From the NCBI GenBank assembly GCA_040260805.1, contig JBDQPD010000017.1, positions 1 to 43,005 on the forward strand: a DNA stretch of 43,005 bases. Direction: 5' to 3'. The DNA is from Myxococcota bacterium. Lineage in GTDB: Bacteria; Myxococcota; UBA4151. Below the pieces are notes generated by a model, which did not search any database, was not told where the DNA came from, and worked only from the letters and a program-made list of their open reading frames with translations. The position numbers and the translations under genes are program-made. Within the stretch, counting starts at the first letter, position 1. Each line of letters starts with the position of its first letter. Positions 9,939 through 18,324 of this stretch are shown here, one piece after another.

Positions 9939-10063
9939 TGGATCTCTTCGGAGACGCAGTAGTCATCGATGTACAGCTCGTCGTCCTCACTCGGTCCCGG
10001 CCACATACCAAAAGCTACCATCTCTTCGCGGGTGAGGTGTTGTGCAAGCTCTGCAAGCGTCAT
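9935..10063 (-). CDS. Small acidic protein, 42 aa (MTLAELAQHLTREEMVAFGMWPGPSEDDELYIDDYCVSEEIH)
   Basis: Translated by hand. ATG with GGAG 8 nt upstream; its TAG shares the CTAG palindrome with the sctT stop. Not in the supplied ORF track. Confidence 0.55.
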   Translation of the reverse strand: MTLAELAQHLTREEMVAFGMWPGPSEDDELYIDDYCVSEEIH

Positions 10064-10324
10064 GATCGCAACTCCAGTGGGGGTGTCTCTAAGAGGTCCC
10101 AAACCGGGGTTTTCAAACGGCCCCGATGGCCAGTCAATAGGCCTGTGATTTGGATCTAGGCAATGACGACTTCATTTGAGGTCACAAAATGTAGCCTGTG
10201 CGCTTAATCACAGCATAACGTTTCGGGCCCAAGTCATTGAAACTACGGCCAGCCAGTGCGGCCGCGGCCCCAGCACCCGGAAAACCGGTGTTTTGCGATC
10301 TGTTGAAAACCCTTGGCCTTACCA

Positions 10325-10346
10325 CTGAACACCTGTTCAGTATAAT
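10325..10346. promoter_or_regulatory. Myxococcus-type LexA (SOS) box abutting a -10 hexamer
   Basis: Palindrome CTGAAC-ACCT-GTTCAG (10325-10340) fits 16/17 positions of the M. xanthus LexA consensus CTRHAMRYBYGTTCAGS as I recall it. TATAAT follows directly on +, and TATACT overlaps it on -. Confidence 0.6.
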
Positions 10347-10461
10347 CTTTTACGCGGTAAAATTGAGGCGTTGATTCCTCCGTTTCCCCCTTCCGGTTGA
10401 CCTCGCGCGCTGGCGCGACGCACGCTACCCGTGCACGAGGGACAACGCAGGCGGGAACTCT

Positions 10462-11127
10462 ATGATCGAAGTGCAGAATGTGACGCGACGCTTCCCGCAA
10501 CAGCAGCGTCCTGTGCTCGATGGAGTCGATCTCAAACTCGAACGAGGCAGCTTCGCCTTTTTGACGGGCGCAAGCGGAGCAGGAAAGTCGACTTTGCTGC
10601 GATTGCTCTACGGAGCCGATCAACCCAATGAAGGCCAAGTGACGGTTGCGGGACATGACCTGCGCCCGAACGATGCGCGAGCCTTAGCTATGGTCCGCCG
10701 ACGGGTTGCGGTGATCTTCCAGGATTTTCGGCTCCTGCGTGACCGCAGCGCTCTTGAAAACGTCAGAGTCGTTCTCGAGCTGCGCGGCATTGAGCGAAAA
10801 CTCGCCCAACGCCGAGCGATGGAGGCACTAGACGATGTCGGTATTGGTGAGCTCGCCAAACGGCGGGTGCCTCAGTTGTCTGGCGGCGAACAACAGCGAG
10901 TCGCCATTGCGAGAGCCCTTGTTGGCGATCCGCAGGTGCTCCTTTGTGATGAACCGACGGGCAACTTAGATGAAGCGCTGAGCCTACAAGTGCTCAGCTT
11001 GATCGACTTAGCTTCTTCGCGCGGCGCCACAGTTTTAGTCGCCACGCACGACAGCGAGATCCTGAGACGCTTCCCTCACCCAACCTACCATCTCGAAGAG
11101 GGTATCTTGGAGCGGCGAACCGGATGA
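10462..11127 (+). CDS. ftsE: Cell division ATP-binding protein FtsE
   Basis: GASGAGKST Walker A, IFQDFRLL, LSGGEQQRVAIARA, DEPTGNLD; upstream of ftsX and envC. Confidence 0.92.
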   Translation: MIEVQNVTRRFPQQQRPVLDGVDLKLERGSFAFLTGASGAGKSTLLRLLYGADQPNEGQVTVAGHDLRPNDARALAMVRRRVAVIFQDFRLLRDRSALENVRVVLELRGIERKLAQRRAMEALDDVGIGELAKRRVPQLSGGEQQRVAIARALVGDPQVLLCDEPTGNLDEALSLQVLSLIDLASSRGATVLVATHDSEILRRFPHPTYHLEEGILERRTG

Positions 11128-11981
11128 TCTGGAGTCTTCGAGAAGCCTTCCTAGGATTCAAGCGCCGGCCTTGGACGCACAGCTCATGGCTGCTTGCGCT
11201 GACCTTATGCTTAGGCTGCATCGGCTGGGTGCGAGCTCACGCCGAAGGCACCGATGAGATTCTCAAGCGACTTGATCCAGCAGGTGAAGTCTGGGCTTTC
11301 TTGAGCGAAGAGGCGGACCAAGACGCAATGAAGAGTCTCTTGGTTCGGCTCGAGTCACTGCCCTCAGTTCAGAGCGCTCGCTTGCTCGAGGCGCAAGAGG
11401 TTCGTCGCCGCTTGGCGAGCGAGCTCCGAGACCCACAAGCTGCGCAAGAGATACCCAAGGCGCTCTTACCGAGCGCGATCCACCTCTCGCCGCCACCGAG
11501 CGGTCAAGTGGCTCCAGCGGCTATTGCTATTTTGCGTGCAGCGCCTGGAGTCGAATCCGTTGATGCTGGGGCGCGTGAGCTGTTGCGAACCCGCGCTCGC
11601 GTCCGCCAGATCCACTTGGGAGCTCACTTACTTAGCCTACTGTTGACGATGACCATCGTGATCCTCGGGGTTGCGCTCGGGCGATTAGTGATGAGTTTGA
11701 GGCGAGAAGAAATCGCTGTTTTACGTCTACTCGGCGCGACACGCGACCGCCTGATTGGACCGCTTCTGCTCACTGGAATTGTCGTGGGTTTGCTCGCTGG
11801 GTTCGGAGGCTACTGTATGAGCTCGGCGCTCGGAGCGTGGATGCGAGACTCCACGGACCTCGCGGTGGCGACCCCCTTTGGCTTAGCGCTCCGATTGATG
11901 GCGCTTGGTGCGCTGACTCAAGTCGCAGGAACCGGCTTGGGCATGCTCACCGAGATTCAACGACCGGAGCTTGAGCAATGA
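11124..11981 (+). CDS. ftsX: Cell division permease FtsX
   Basis: 4-TM topology with a periplasmic loop, RREEIAVLRLLGAT motif; coupled to ftsE. Confidence 0.85.
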   Translation: MIWSLREAFLGFKRRPWTHSSWLLALTLCLGCIGWVRAHAEGTDEILKRLDPAGEVWAFLSEEADQDAMKSLLVRLESLPSVQSARLLEAQEVRRRLASELRDPQAAQEIPKALLPSAIHLSPPPSGQVAPAAIAILRAAPGVESVDAGARELLRTRARVRQIHLGAHLLSLLLTMTIVILGVALGRLVMSLRREEIAVLRLLGATRDRLIGPLLLTGIVVGLLAGFGGYCMSSALGAWMRDSTDLAVATPFGLALRLMALGALTQVAGTGLGMLTEIQRPELEQ

Positions 11982-13084
11982 TGGTCGTACTGCTGCTCGC
12001 TCTAAGTGTGCCTCCCAAGCCCGTTTTACCACCGATCGAAGACCAGCAGGCTGTCCGAATCACTCTGGAAAAATTGCAGAGTTTACGGGACCGGCTGAGC
12101 CAACGGCGAGCTTCGGATAACGATTTAGCTGAGCAAGAAACGCGCATGGTCGCGACCTTAGAGGACCTGGAATTTGCGCTCAGCGAAGCCAAGCGAGCGG
12201 CTCGGCTTGCCGCCGAGCGACTTACAGACTCCGACGAACACCTAGACGAACTCGAGGCGCAGTCGAGCGGTCTCGAGCAGACTGCGGCTAAAGCGCGTCA
12301 AGAGGCTCGAGCTGCGCTGGGCTTGTTGCTGCGCGGTAACCATGTCGGTGTCGACAAGCCGTTGCTTCGAGCCTTTGAGCGACAACGGGTCGCGCGATCG
12401 GGCGCTTTGTGGCGTCGAGCAGAAGCCAGCGCGCTCGAGTTGGCCGACGCCGTCAGCAAGGTCGAGACCATTCGGTACAGCCAAAAGCGGCTCAAAGAAG
12501 ACCTCGATAGCTTGCTCAATCAGCGCGCCGAAGTGCGGCGTTTAGCAGAGGTTCGACTCCAAGAGGTCCGTCGAGACCGACGACGGGCCGAGGCTCACGC
12601 CAAAGCGCTCGAGCAACAACGTCTGGCGCTCGCAGCTTGGCTTGCGCAGATCAAACCCATGCTCAATGTACCTCATGGCGGGCTAAAAAGAGGCGGTCTC
12701 GTTCCCCCCGTCGCAGGCAAGGTCGTGAAAGGTTATGGATGGCAAGAGGCTAAAGATCGGCTCACGCGGTGGCGCAATCGTGGGATCGATCTGGAGGGCC
12801 TCTCGACCGCACCGGTGGTCGCGGCGGCGGAGGGGCGCGTCGCCTTCGTCGGGCGCTCACCAGGGCTTGGATTAGCCATGGTGATCGATCACGGACGGGG
12901 CTGGAGAACGATTTACGGCGGCTTATCCGAGACCCAAGCCATGGTCGGCGATGATCTCAAAGCCGGCTCGGTGATTGGTTTGCTTGGAGACTCAGGCGTC
13001 TTGCATTTCGAGCTGCGAAGCGACGCCCTAGCGGTCAACCCCACGCGCTGGTTTCAAGGGCAGCTCGGCGGATCAAAGCAGTGA
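11978..13084 (+). CDS. envC: EnvC-like murein hydrolase activator (coiled coil + degenerate M23)
   Basis: Long coiled coil, then an M23 domain in which NRGID and YGGL replace the His-containing motifs, plus LHFELR; follows ftsEX. Confidence 0.8.
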   Translation: MMVVLLLALSVPPKPVLPPIEDQQAVRITLEKLQSLRDRLSQRRASDNDLAEQETRMVATLEDLEFALSEAKRAARLAAERLTDSDEHLDELEAQSSGLEQTAAKARQEARAALGLLLRGNHVGVDKPLLRAFERQRVARSGALWRRAEASALELADAVSKVETIRYSQKRLKEDLDSLLNQRAEVRRLAEVRLQEVRRDRRRAEAHAKALEQQRLALAAWLAQIKPMLNVPHGGLKRGGLVPPVAGKVVKGYGWQEAKDRLTRWRNRGIDLEGLSTAPVVAAAEGRVAFVGRSPGLGLAMVIDHGRGWRTIYGGLSETQAMVGDDLKAGSVIGLLGDSGVLHFELRSDALAVNPTRWFQGQLGGSKQ

Positions 13085-13902
13085 TCGCCCTGGCACTCAT
13101 GCTCTCAACCCCTGCCGCTACGCCCCAGGCTTACGATTCGGTCAGCGACGTCGCTCGAGTGTTCGCTGCGGTGCTTAAAGATCACCTGTACGGCGAAACG
13201 CCCGACACCCTTGCCCGTCGAGCAATCGACGGGATGCTCAAAGAGCTCGATCCGTGGTCTCGGCGACTTCCCAAGTCGAAGGCCCCGTCGCGTCAACAAG
13301 CCTTTGCCTGTTTGCTGGATCGCGGCGTCGTGCGTTTGACCATCAAGCGCTTCAACGGGGACGGCAGGCAATGGCTCAAGGTATGCCCTAGCCTGAATCA
13401 GAACCTGCCAGTGCTCATCGATCTACGCGACAACCCAGGAGGCAGCGTCGCAGACGCCCTTGGACTCGCTGATCTTTTTGCTAGCGATACCGATTTGTTG
13501 ATCGAAGAGCGACGCTTCGGTGAGCCCGTACGTCACCGAGCGAAAGCGCAAATGGCGAACTACTCAAGCCTCGTTGTTCTGGTGAATTCAAAAACTGCGA
13601 GCGCAGCCGAGTTGATCGCTGCAGCGTTGCAGCGTGTCGCTGGGGTTAAAGTTCTGGGTGATCGGACGATGGGTAAAGTGACCGTCCAAACCGCTGTTTA
13701 TTTGAGCAACGGTGATGTGGTTCTGATCACCACCGGCAAATTGCGTTTGCCCGATGGCTCGATTTTAGAGGGTAAAGGCCTGACCACAGATGGCCCTCAT
13801 CCCGCTTCACCCAGCGAATTTACATGCCGTCAGGCAGGGCGTCGATGGACCTCGGCTGGTTGCGCTCTCGTGGATCAAAAAAATATCGGTCAATCGCCGT
13901 GA
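13081..13902 (+). CDS. S41A carboxy-terminal processing protease, apparently PDZ-less
   Basis: IDLRDNPGG, TASAAE (catalytic Ser), TMGKVTVQ (catalytic Lys); only 273 aa. Confidence 0.85.
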   Translation: MIALALMLSTPAATPQAYDSVSDVARVFAAVLKDHLYGETPDTLARRAIDGMLKELDPWSRRLPKSKAPSRQQAFACLLDRGVVRLTIKRFNGDGRQWLKVCPSLNQNLPVLIDLRDNPGGSVADALGLADLFASDTDLLIEERRFGEPVRHRAKAQMANYSSLVVLVNSKTASAAELIAAALQRVAGVKVLGDRTMGKVTVQTAVYLSNGDVVLITTGKLRLPDGSILEGKGLTTDGPHPASPSEFTCRQAGRRWTSAGCALVDQKNIGQSP

Positions 13903-13980
13903 TCGGAAAGATTGTGCACAAGCCCCATACGCGCTTACCATGCACGGAGTCTGAGCATTGCCGGATGAAGGAAGGGACAA

Positions 13981-15708
13981 TTGGTCTTTCAGGTTGAGAT
14001 CGAGGACGACGAAGGAAATCGCTCCGTTATCCCGATCACGCGCACCGAGATCACGATAGGCCGTCAAGACGGCAACGTGATCCGTTTGACCGATCGTAAC
14101 GTCTCAAGACAGCACGCTGTGCTGTATTCGAATGACGAAAAGCTCCGGGTTGAAGACCTCGAAAGCTACACCGGCACACACATCAACGGTAAACGGCTCG
14201 ATGGCAGCACGCCTTTGATGATGGGTGATGTCGTCAGCATTGGCGATTACGAACTGAGAATTTTGGGTGAGGGCATTCGTACCGCTGAGCCTGAGGACTC
14301 TCAGGTCACTCAAATCGACCACACCGTTCCGGGTGCTCGCAAACCGGCGATGGCGGTCCCTGCGCCGATTATGAACGATGACGATGATGACGACCAAGAC
14401 CCCACGGCGGTGATCAATCTGCGCGCAGGGTTAGGCAGCCAGCTCGGACAAGAGAGCTTTGAAGGATTGCTCAATGGTCCGCCTGCCCGGTTGGTGGTGG
14501 TATCAGCCCAACTCGCAGGAACTGAATATACGATCGATCGATCACCTTGCCGTTTAGGTCGGGGGGTCGAGTGTGAAGTGCGCGTCGATCACCGCTCGAT
14601 CAGTCGTCACCATGCGACGATCGAGGTTCAAGACCATCAGTTTATCATCAAAGATGTCGGCTCGGCGAATGGGATCCAGGTCAACGGTGAGAACTACGCC
14701 AACACGAGACTGCAACCGGGTGATCGCATCGACATGGGTCATATTCAGCTGCGGTTCTTCGCCCCTGGGCAGATCCCTGAATTCGCAGAGCTGCTGAGTC
14801 AGCAGCGTCGACCGGCCAACAACCTGATGCCCACAGCCTTGCTGATGGTGATGATGACCGCATTGGCCGGAGGCGCCTGGTGGGCTTTAGACAGCCGATC
14901 CGAGACCGCGTCACGGGACACCGCCGCCAAAGCCGAAGAGCACAAATCCTGGCAAGAAACGATGCAGCGTTTGCGTGATGCCCAACGATGGACTGAAGCG
15001 CTCAGGCATTTAGAGAAGGCACCCAACGAAATTCCAAGCCGCGAAGTCAGCTCACTCAAAGCAGTGCTCGCTAACGAACGTCGCTACAAAGAAAGTCTCG
15101 AGAAAGCCTTAGCCAAGAAAACCGCTAAAAATTGGTCGGAAGCGCTCGAAGACCTGCAAGCGATTCCGAAAAACTCAGTCTACTTTGACGAGGCGGAGCG
15201 TCATCGCGACGATGTGCGTAATGCCTTTGTCCGGCTCGAGCTCGACCTCGCAGCAGCGGCTCTTGATAAAGGTCAAATCAAGAAGGCGAACGGTCACTTA
15301 GGCAGCGCAGAGATCTATGCGCCGGAACGTCGAGAAGTTCGCCAAATGCGTGACCGCCTCGCCGAGGCGACCTCCAAAGATGATGTCCGCAGGCCCTCAA
15401 CAAACAGGGCAAAATCGGCCGCTAAATCCTCTTCGAAAGGGACGGCCAGCGCCAACCTGAGCGCACGCCAGCTGCTGGCCCGCGCCAATCAGCGCCTCAT
15501 TGAAAACCAACCTAAAGCGGCCCTTCCCTTGTTGCTCAAAGCCGTCAGGAAGGCGCCAAAGAATGCTCAGATCCACCGTGGTTTAGGGATTACGTACGCC
15601 AGTCTTCAAAAGACTGCCGAGGCCCGAAAGCACTACATGGAGTATTTGAGGCTGGCACCCAACTCAGATGAAGCGCCGCAAGTTCGCCGCATGCTCGGAC
15701 TCGAATAG
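13981..15708 (+). CDS. Double-FHA, single-TM, TPR-domain protein
   Basis: Two FHA motifs (IGRQDGN..VSRQHA; LGRGVEC..ISRHHA..SANG), acidic linker, TM helix, C-terminal TPR (IHRGLGITYA...YMEYLRLAP). Confidence 0.85.
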   Translation: MVFQVEIEDDEGNRSVIPITRTEITIGRQDGNVIRLTDRNVSRQHAVLYSNDEKLRVEDLESYTGTHINGKRLDGSTPLMMGDVVSIGDYELRILGEGIRTAEPEDSQVTQIDHTVPGARKPAMAVPAPIMNDDDDDDQDPTAVINLRAGLGSQLGQESFEGLLNGPPARLVVVSAQLAGTEYTIDRSPCRLGRGVECEVRVDHRSISRHHATIEVQDHQFIIKDVGSANGIQVNGENYANTRLQPGDRIDMGHIQLRFFAPGQIPEFAELLSQQRRPANNLMPTALLMVMMTALAGGAWWALDSRSETASRDTAAKAEEHKSWQETMQRLRDAQRWTEALRHLEKAPNEIPSREVSSLKAVLANERRYKESLEKALAKKTAKNWSEALEDLQAIPKNSVYFDEAERHRDDVRNAFVRLELDLAAAALDKGQIKKANGHLGSAEIYAPERREVRQMRDRLAEATSKDDVRRPSTNRAKSAAKSSSKGTASANLSARQLLARANQRLIENQPKAALPLLLKAVRKAPKNAQIHRGLGITYASLQKTAEARKHYMEYLRLAPNSDEAPQVRRMLGLE

Positions 15709-15729
15709 CGCTCCGAAAAGCTTTTGCCT

Positions 15730-15758
15730 TTGACCCGGATCGTGCCGAGTTCTATCTG
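15730..15758 (+). promoter_or_regulatory. Putative sigma70 promoter of ddl-xseAB-dxs
   Basis: TTGACC-17 nt-TATCTG, upstream of an AGGAGA RBS. Confidence 0.45.
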
Positions 15759-15784
15759 CCCCTTTGGGGCAGGAGAAGAACAGT

Positions 15785-16738
15785 ATGTGGCGTGAACGGC
15801 GCATCGGTGTTTTAGCAGGCGGACTCAGCGAAGAAGCCAAAGTTTCCTTGTCGAGTGGGCAAGGCGTGCTCGCAGCGCTTCAAGGCGCTGGTCTGGACGC
15901 CCATCTGATTGAACTTGGCGATGATGCGCCCTGGCGGCGGATCGAAGCCGCAAAGATTGACGTCGCCTTCTTGGTGACCCACGGCGTGTACGGCGAGGAT
16001 GGTTGTCTTCAAGGGATGCTCGAATGGATGGGTATCCCCTACGTAGGCAGCGGCGTTCTTGCGAGCGCGCTCGCCATGAACAAGGACGTCGCTAACCGCA
16101 TCCTCGGTTTAGCTGGGCTTCCGGTCCCGCTCGGAGTCTGTGTCTCGACTGGCGACTCCAACGCAGTCGCGCAGATTCAATCGGTCTTAGGCGATCGCGC
16201 CGTGTGCATGAAACCCAATGAAGGCGGCTCGAGTGTCGGTATCGAATTGCTCGAAGCGGGTGATGACCGTCTGGCGGCCTTACGGCGGCTGCGCTCAGTA
16301 GCCCAACAGGTTCTTGTCGAAGAGCGCGTGCAGGGTGTCGAGATGACGGTCGGAGTCCTTGAGGGCAAATCGCTCGGCTCGACCGAGATCGAACCGCTGA
16401 CCGGGTTTTACGACTTCAAAAATAAATACACTGCCGGTGCTAGCCGCTACCACACGCCGGCTCGCTGCAGCGAGGTGGTGATCCAGCGCATGCATGAGTT
16501 GTCGGAGCAAGCGGTCGAAGCGTTAGCTTGCCGAGGTGGCTGCCGAGTCGACTTTCTCGTCGATGAAGACCGAATCACGCTCCTCGAAGTGAACACACTT
16601 CCGGGAATGACGGCGACCAGCTTGCTGCCAAAATGCGCCGAACTCTCTGGTCTATCGTTCACCGACCTTTGCCTTCGAATGCTTGATGGGGCTCGCCTCG
16701 ATCGTCGCCCTCGCCACGCACCTGCGCTGGGTTCATGA
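15785..16738 (+). CDS. ddl: D-alanine--D-alanine ligase
   Basis: GGLSEEAKVSLSSG, HGVYGEDGCLQG, KPNEGGSS, YDFKNKY, LEVNTLPGMT motifs. Confidence 0.95.
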   Translation: MWRERRIGVLAGGLSEEAKVSLSSGQGVLAALQGAGLDAHLIELGDDAPWRRIEAAKIDVAFLVTHGVYGEDGCLQGMLEWMGIPYVGSGVLASALAMNKDVANRILGLAGLPVPLGVCVSTGDSNAVAQIQSVLGDRAVCMKPNEGGSSVGIELLEAGDDRLAALRRLRSVAQQVLVEERVQGVEMTVGVLEGKSLGSTEIEPLTGFYDFKNKYTAGASRYHTPARCSEVVIQRMHELSEQAVEALACRGGCRVDFLVDEDRITLLEVNTLPGMTATSLLPKCAELSGLSFTDLCLRMLDGARLDRRPRHAPALGS

Positions 16739-18108
16739 AGCATCACCCGCTCACCCACCCGGGACCACAAGCCGCGCAACCTCAAGCGGCGATCACCGTG
16801 ACCGAAGTGGTGAGTGCCTGGGACCAGGTCTTGCGGCAGCTTGGTGCTGTCCAAGTGATGGGCGAGCTCAGCGAATGGACCGTCGCTCGTTCGGGTCATG
16901 CCTATTTTTCGCTCAGCGATGGTCGCAGCTCGATGCGGTGTGTGCTGTGGAAAGACCGTCTCAGGGCGCTCGCGTGGAAGCCCGCTGTAGGGGATCAGGT
17001 GCTGATCAACGGACGGGCACAGATCTACACCAAAAACGGCAGCGCCAGCTTTGAAACCTATGCGATGTTTCCGGCTGGCGAGGGCTTGCAAGCCTTAGCG
17101 CTCAAAGCTCTTGAGGACCGACTCGCTAAAGAGGGACTCTTTGAGCCTGCCTTGAAGAAACAGATCCCCTCCCTACCCCAACGCGTTGGCGTCGTCAGCT
17201 CAGCTCAAGCGGACGGATTTCGAGACTTTCTAAGGTCCCGAGCCCTGCGCGCACCGGGCATCGCCATTTTGTTCGCCGAAGCAACGGTGCAGGGCGCGAC
17301 CGCTGCAGAGGACTGCGCAGCGGCGCTCAAACGACTCGATGAGAGCGGCTTGTGTGATGTCATTGCGATCGTGCGTGGCGGCGGCGCATCGGCTGACCTA
17401 TTGCCCTTCTCGGAGGAGCTCTTCGTTCGGGCGGTGGCAGGGTGTTCTACCCCTGTTGTGGTTGGAGTAGGTCACGAACCTGATCATCCGATCTGCGAAC
17501 GAGCAGCTGATGCGGTAGCTCATACCCCAACCCACGCGGCCGAGCTGATCTTCCCGGACCTAGCAGCGCTTTGGTCCAGTCTGGATCGCTTGGGCGATCG
17601 CTTGAAGCGGCCGCTCAGGCAGCGACTTGAGACGCAGACGCAACGCATCAGCCTCATGGAGCATCGCCTACGCGGCGCCACCAACAATCGCATCGGTGAT
17701 GCCAGACGCTTACTCGCACAGCGCTCCGAACGGCTCGCTGATGCGCATCCGGCGAGGCGCTTGCGTCATCGTCACCAGCAGCTTGCGTCGCTGGCGCAGC
17801 GTCTCGGTCAAATGTCGCCCCATACAGGCCTTGCGTCAGCGCGTGGCCAGTGGGAATTGCTGACCAGCCGCTTAGAGCGGGCAACGGTTCGGCGCCTTGA
17901 ACGTGCCGCACAAGAGCTCAAAGGCCTTGATCAGCGACTTGAGGCTGCCTCGCCCAAAGCGGTGTTAGAACGTGGCTACGCGTTGGTTGCGGATGCACAG
18001 GGCAAACCGATTACCTCGGCGCACGATGCAGCATCCGACCAGCGGGTCACATTGCACTTCGCTGACGGTCAGCGCCGTGCACGGATCGAAGGAGAGGATC
18101 ATGGCTGA
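16735..18108 (+). CDS. xseA: Exodeoxyribonuclease VII large subunit
   Basis: GELS..SGHAYFSL OB fold, RGGGA..DL, GVGHE.D, TPTHAAE, VLERGYA. Confidence 0.95.
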   Translation: MKHHPLTHPGPQAAQPQAAITVTEVVSAWDQVLRQLGAVQVMGELSEWTVARSGHAYFSLSDGRSSMRCVLWKDRLRALAWKPAVGDQVLINGRAQIYTKNGSASFETYAMFPAGEGLQALALKALEDRLAKEGLFEPALKKQIPSLPQRVGVVSSAQADGFRDFLRSRALRAPGIAILFAEATVQGATAAEDCAAALKRLDESGLCDVIAIVRGGGASADLLPFSEELFVRAVAGCSTPVVVGVGHEPDHPICERAADAVAHTPTHAAELIFPDLAALWSSLDRLGDRLKRPLRQRLETQTQRISLMEHRLRGATNNRIGDARRLLAQRSERLADAHPARRLRHRHQQLASLAQRLGQMSPHTGLASARGQWELLTSRLERATVRRLERAAQELKGLDQRLEAASPKAVLERGYALVADAQGKPITSAHDAASDQRVTLHFADGQRRARIEGEDHG

Positions 18109-18322
18109 ACAAGAAGCTTATGAAGAATTGGTTAGCAAACTTGAAGGCGCTGTGGGGCGTCTCGAGAACGAGCCGATGGGGCTTGAAGAGGCGCTTGCGC
18201 TCTACGAGCAAGGGCACCAACTCTTGCGTCAAGCTCAAGACAGGCTATCCGGTTTAGAGGGGCGAATGGAGAAGTTGCTTGCGGACGGCTCGCGCCATGA
18301 GCTGGCAGCGGAAGGAAACTGA
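18101..18322 (+). CDS. xseB: Exodeoxyribonuclease VII small subunit
   Basis: YEELVSKLE..V.RLE...MGLEEALALYEQG; GGAGAGG RBS before ATG 18101. Confidence 0.92.
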   Translation: MAEQEAYEELVSKLEGAVGRLENEPMGLEEALALYEQGHQLLRQAQDRLSGLEGRMEKLLADGSRHELAAEGN

Positions 18323-18324
18323 TC

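Noticed and set aside
9938..10159. Plus-strand 73-aa ORF after sctT as a possible sctU fragment
   Set aside because: No FlhB/SctU motifs (no NPTH); the antisense 42-aa ORF has a better RBS and composition.
11978..13084. Loss of Zn ligands in the M23 domain as a novelty
   Set aside because: Expected for EnvC-type activators.
13981..15708. FHA protein as SctD or another T3SS component
   Set aside because: No BON/ring-building domains; separated from the sct genes by the ftsEX operon; a common myxobacterial FHA-TPR architecture.
16400..16435. Ddl as a D-Ala-D-Lac (vancomycin-resistance) ligase because of YDFKNKY
   Set aside because: The specificity Tyr after the Lys (E. coli DdlB Y216 equivalent) is retained, and no van genes are nearby.
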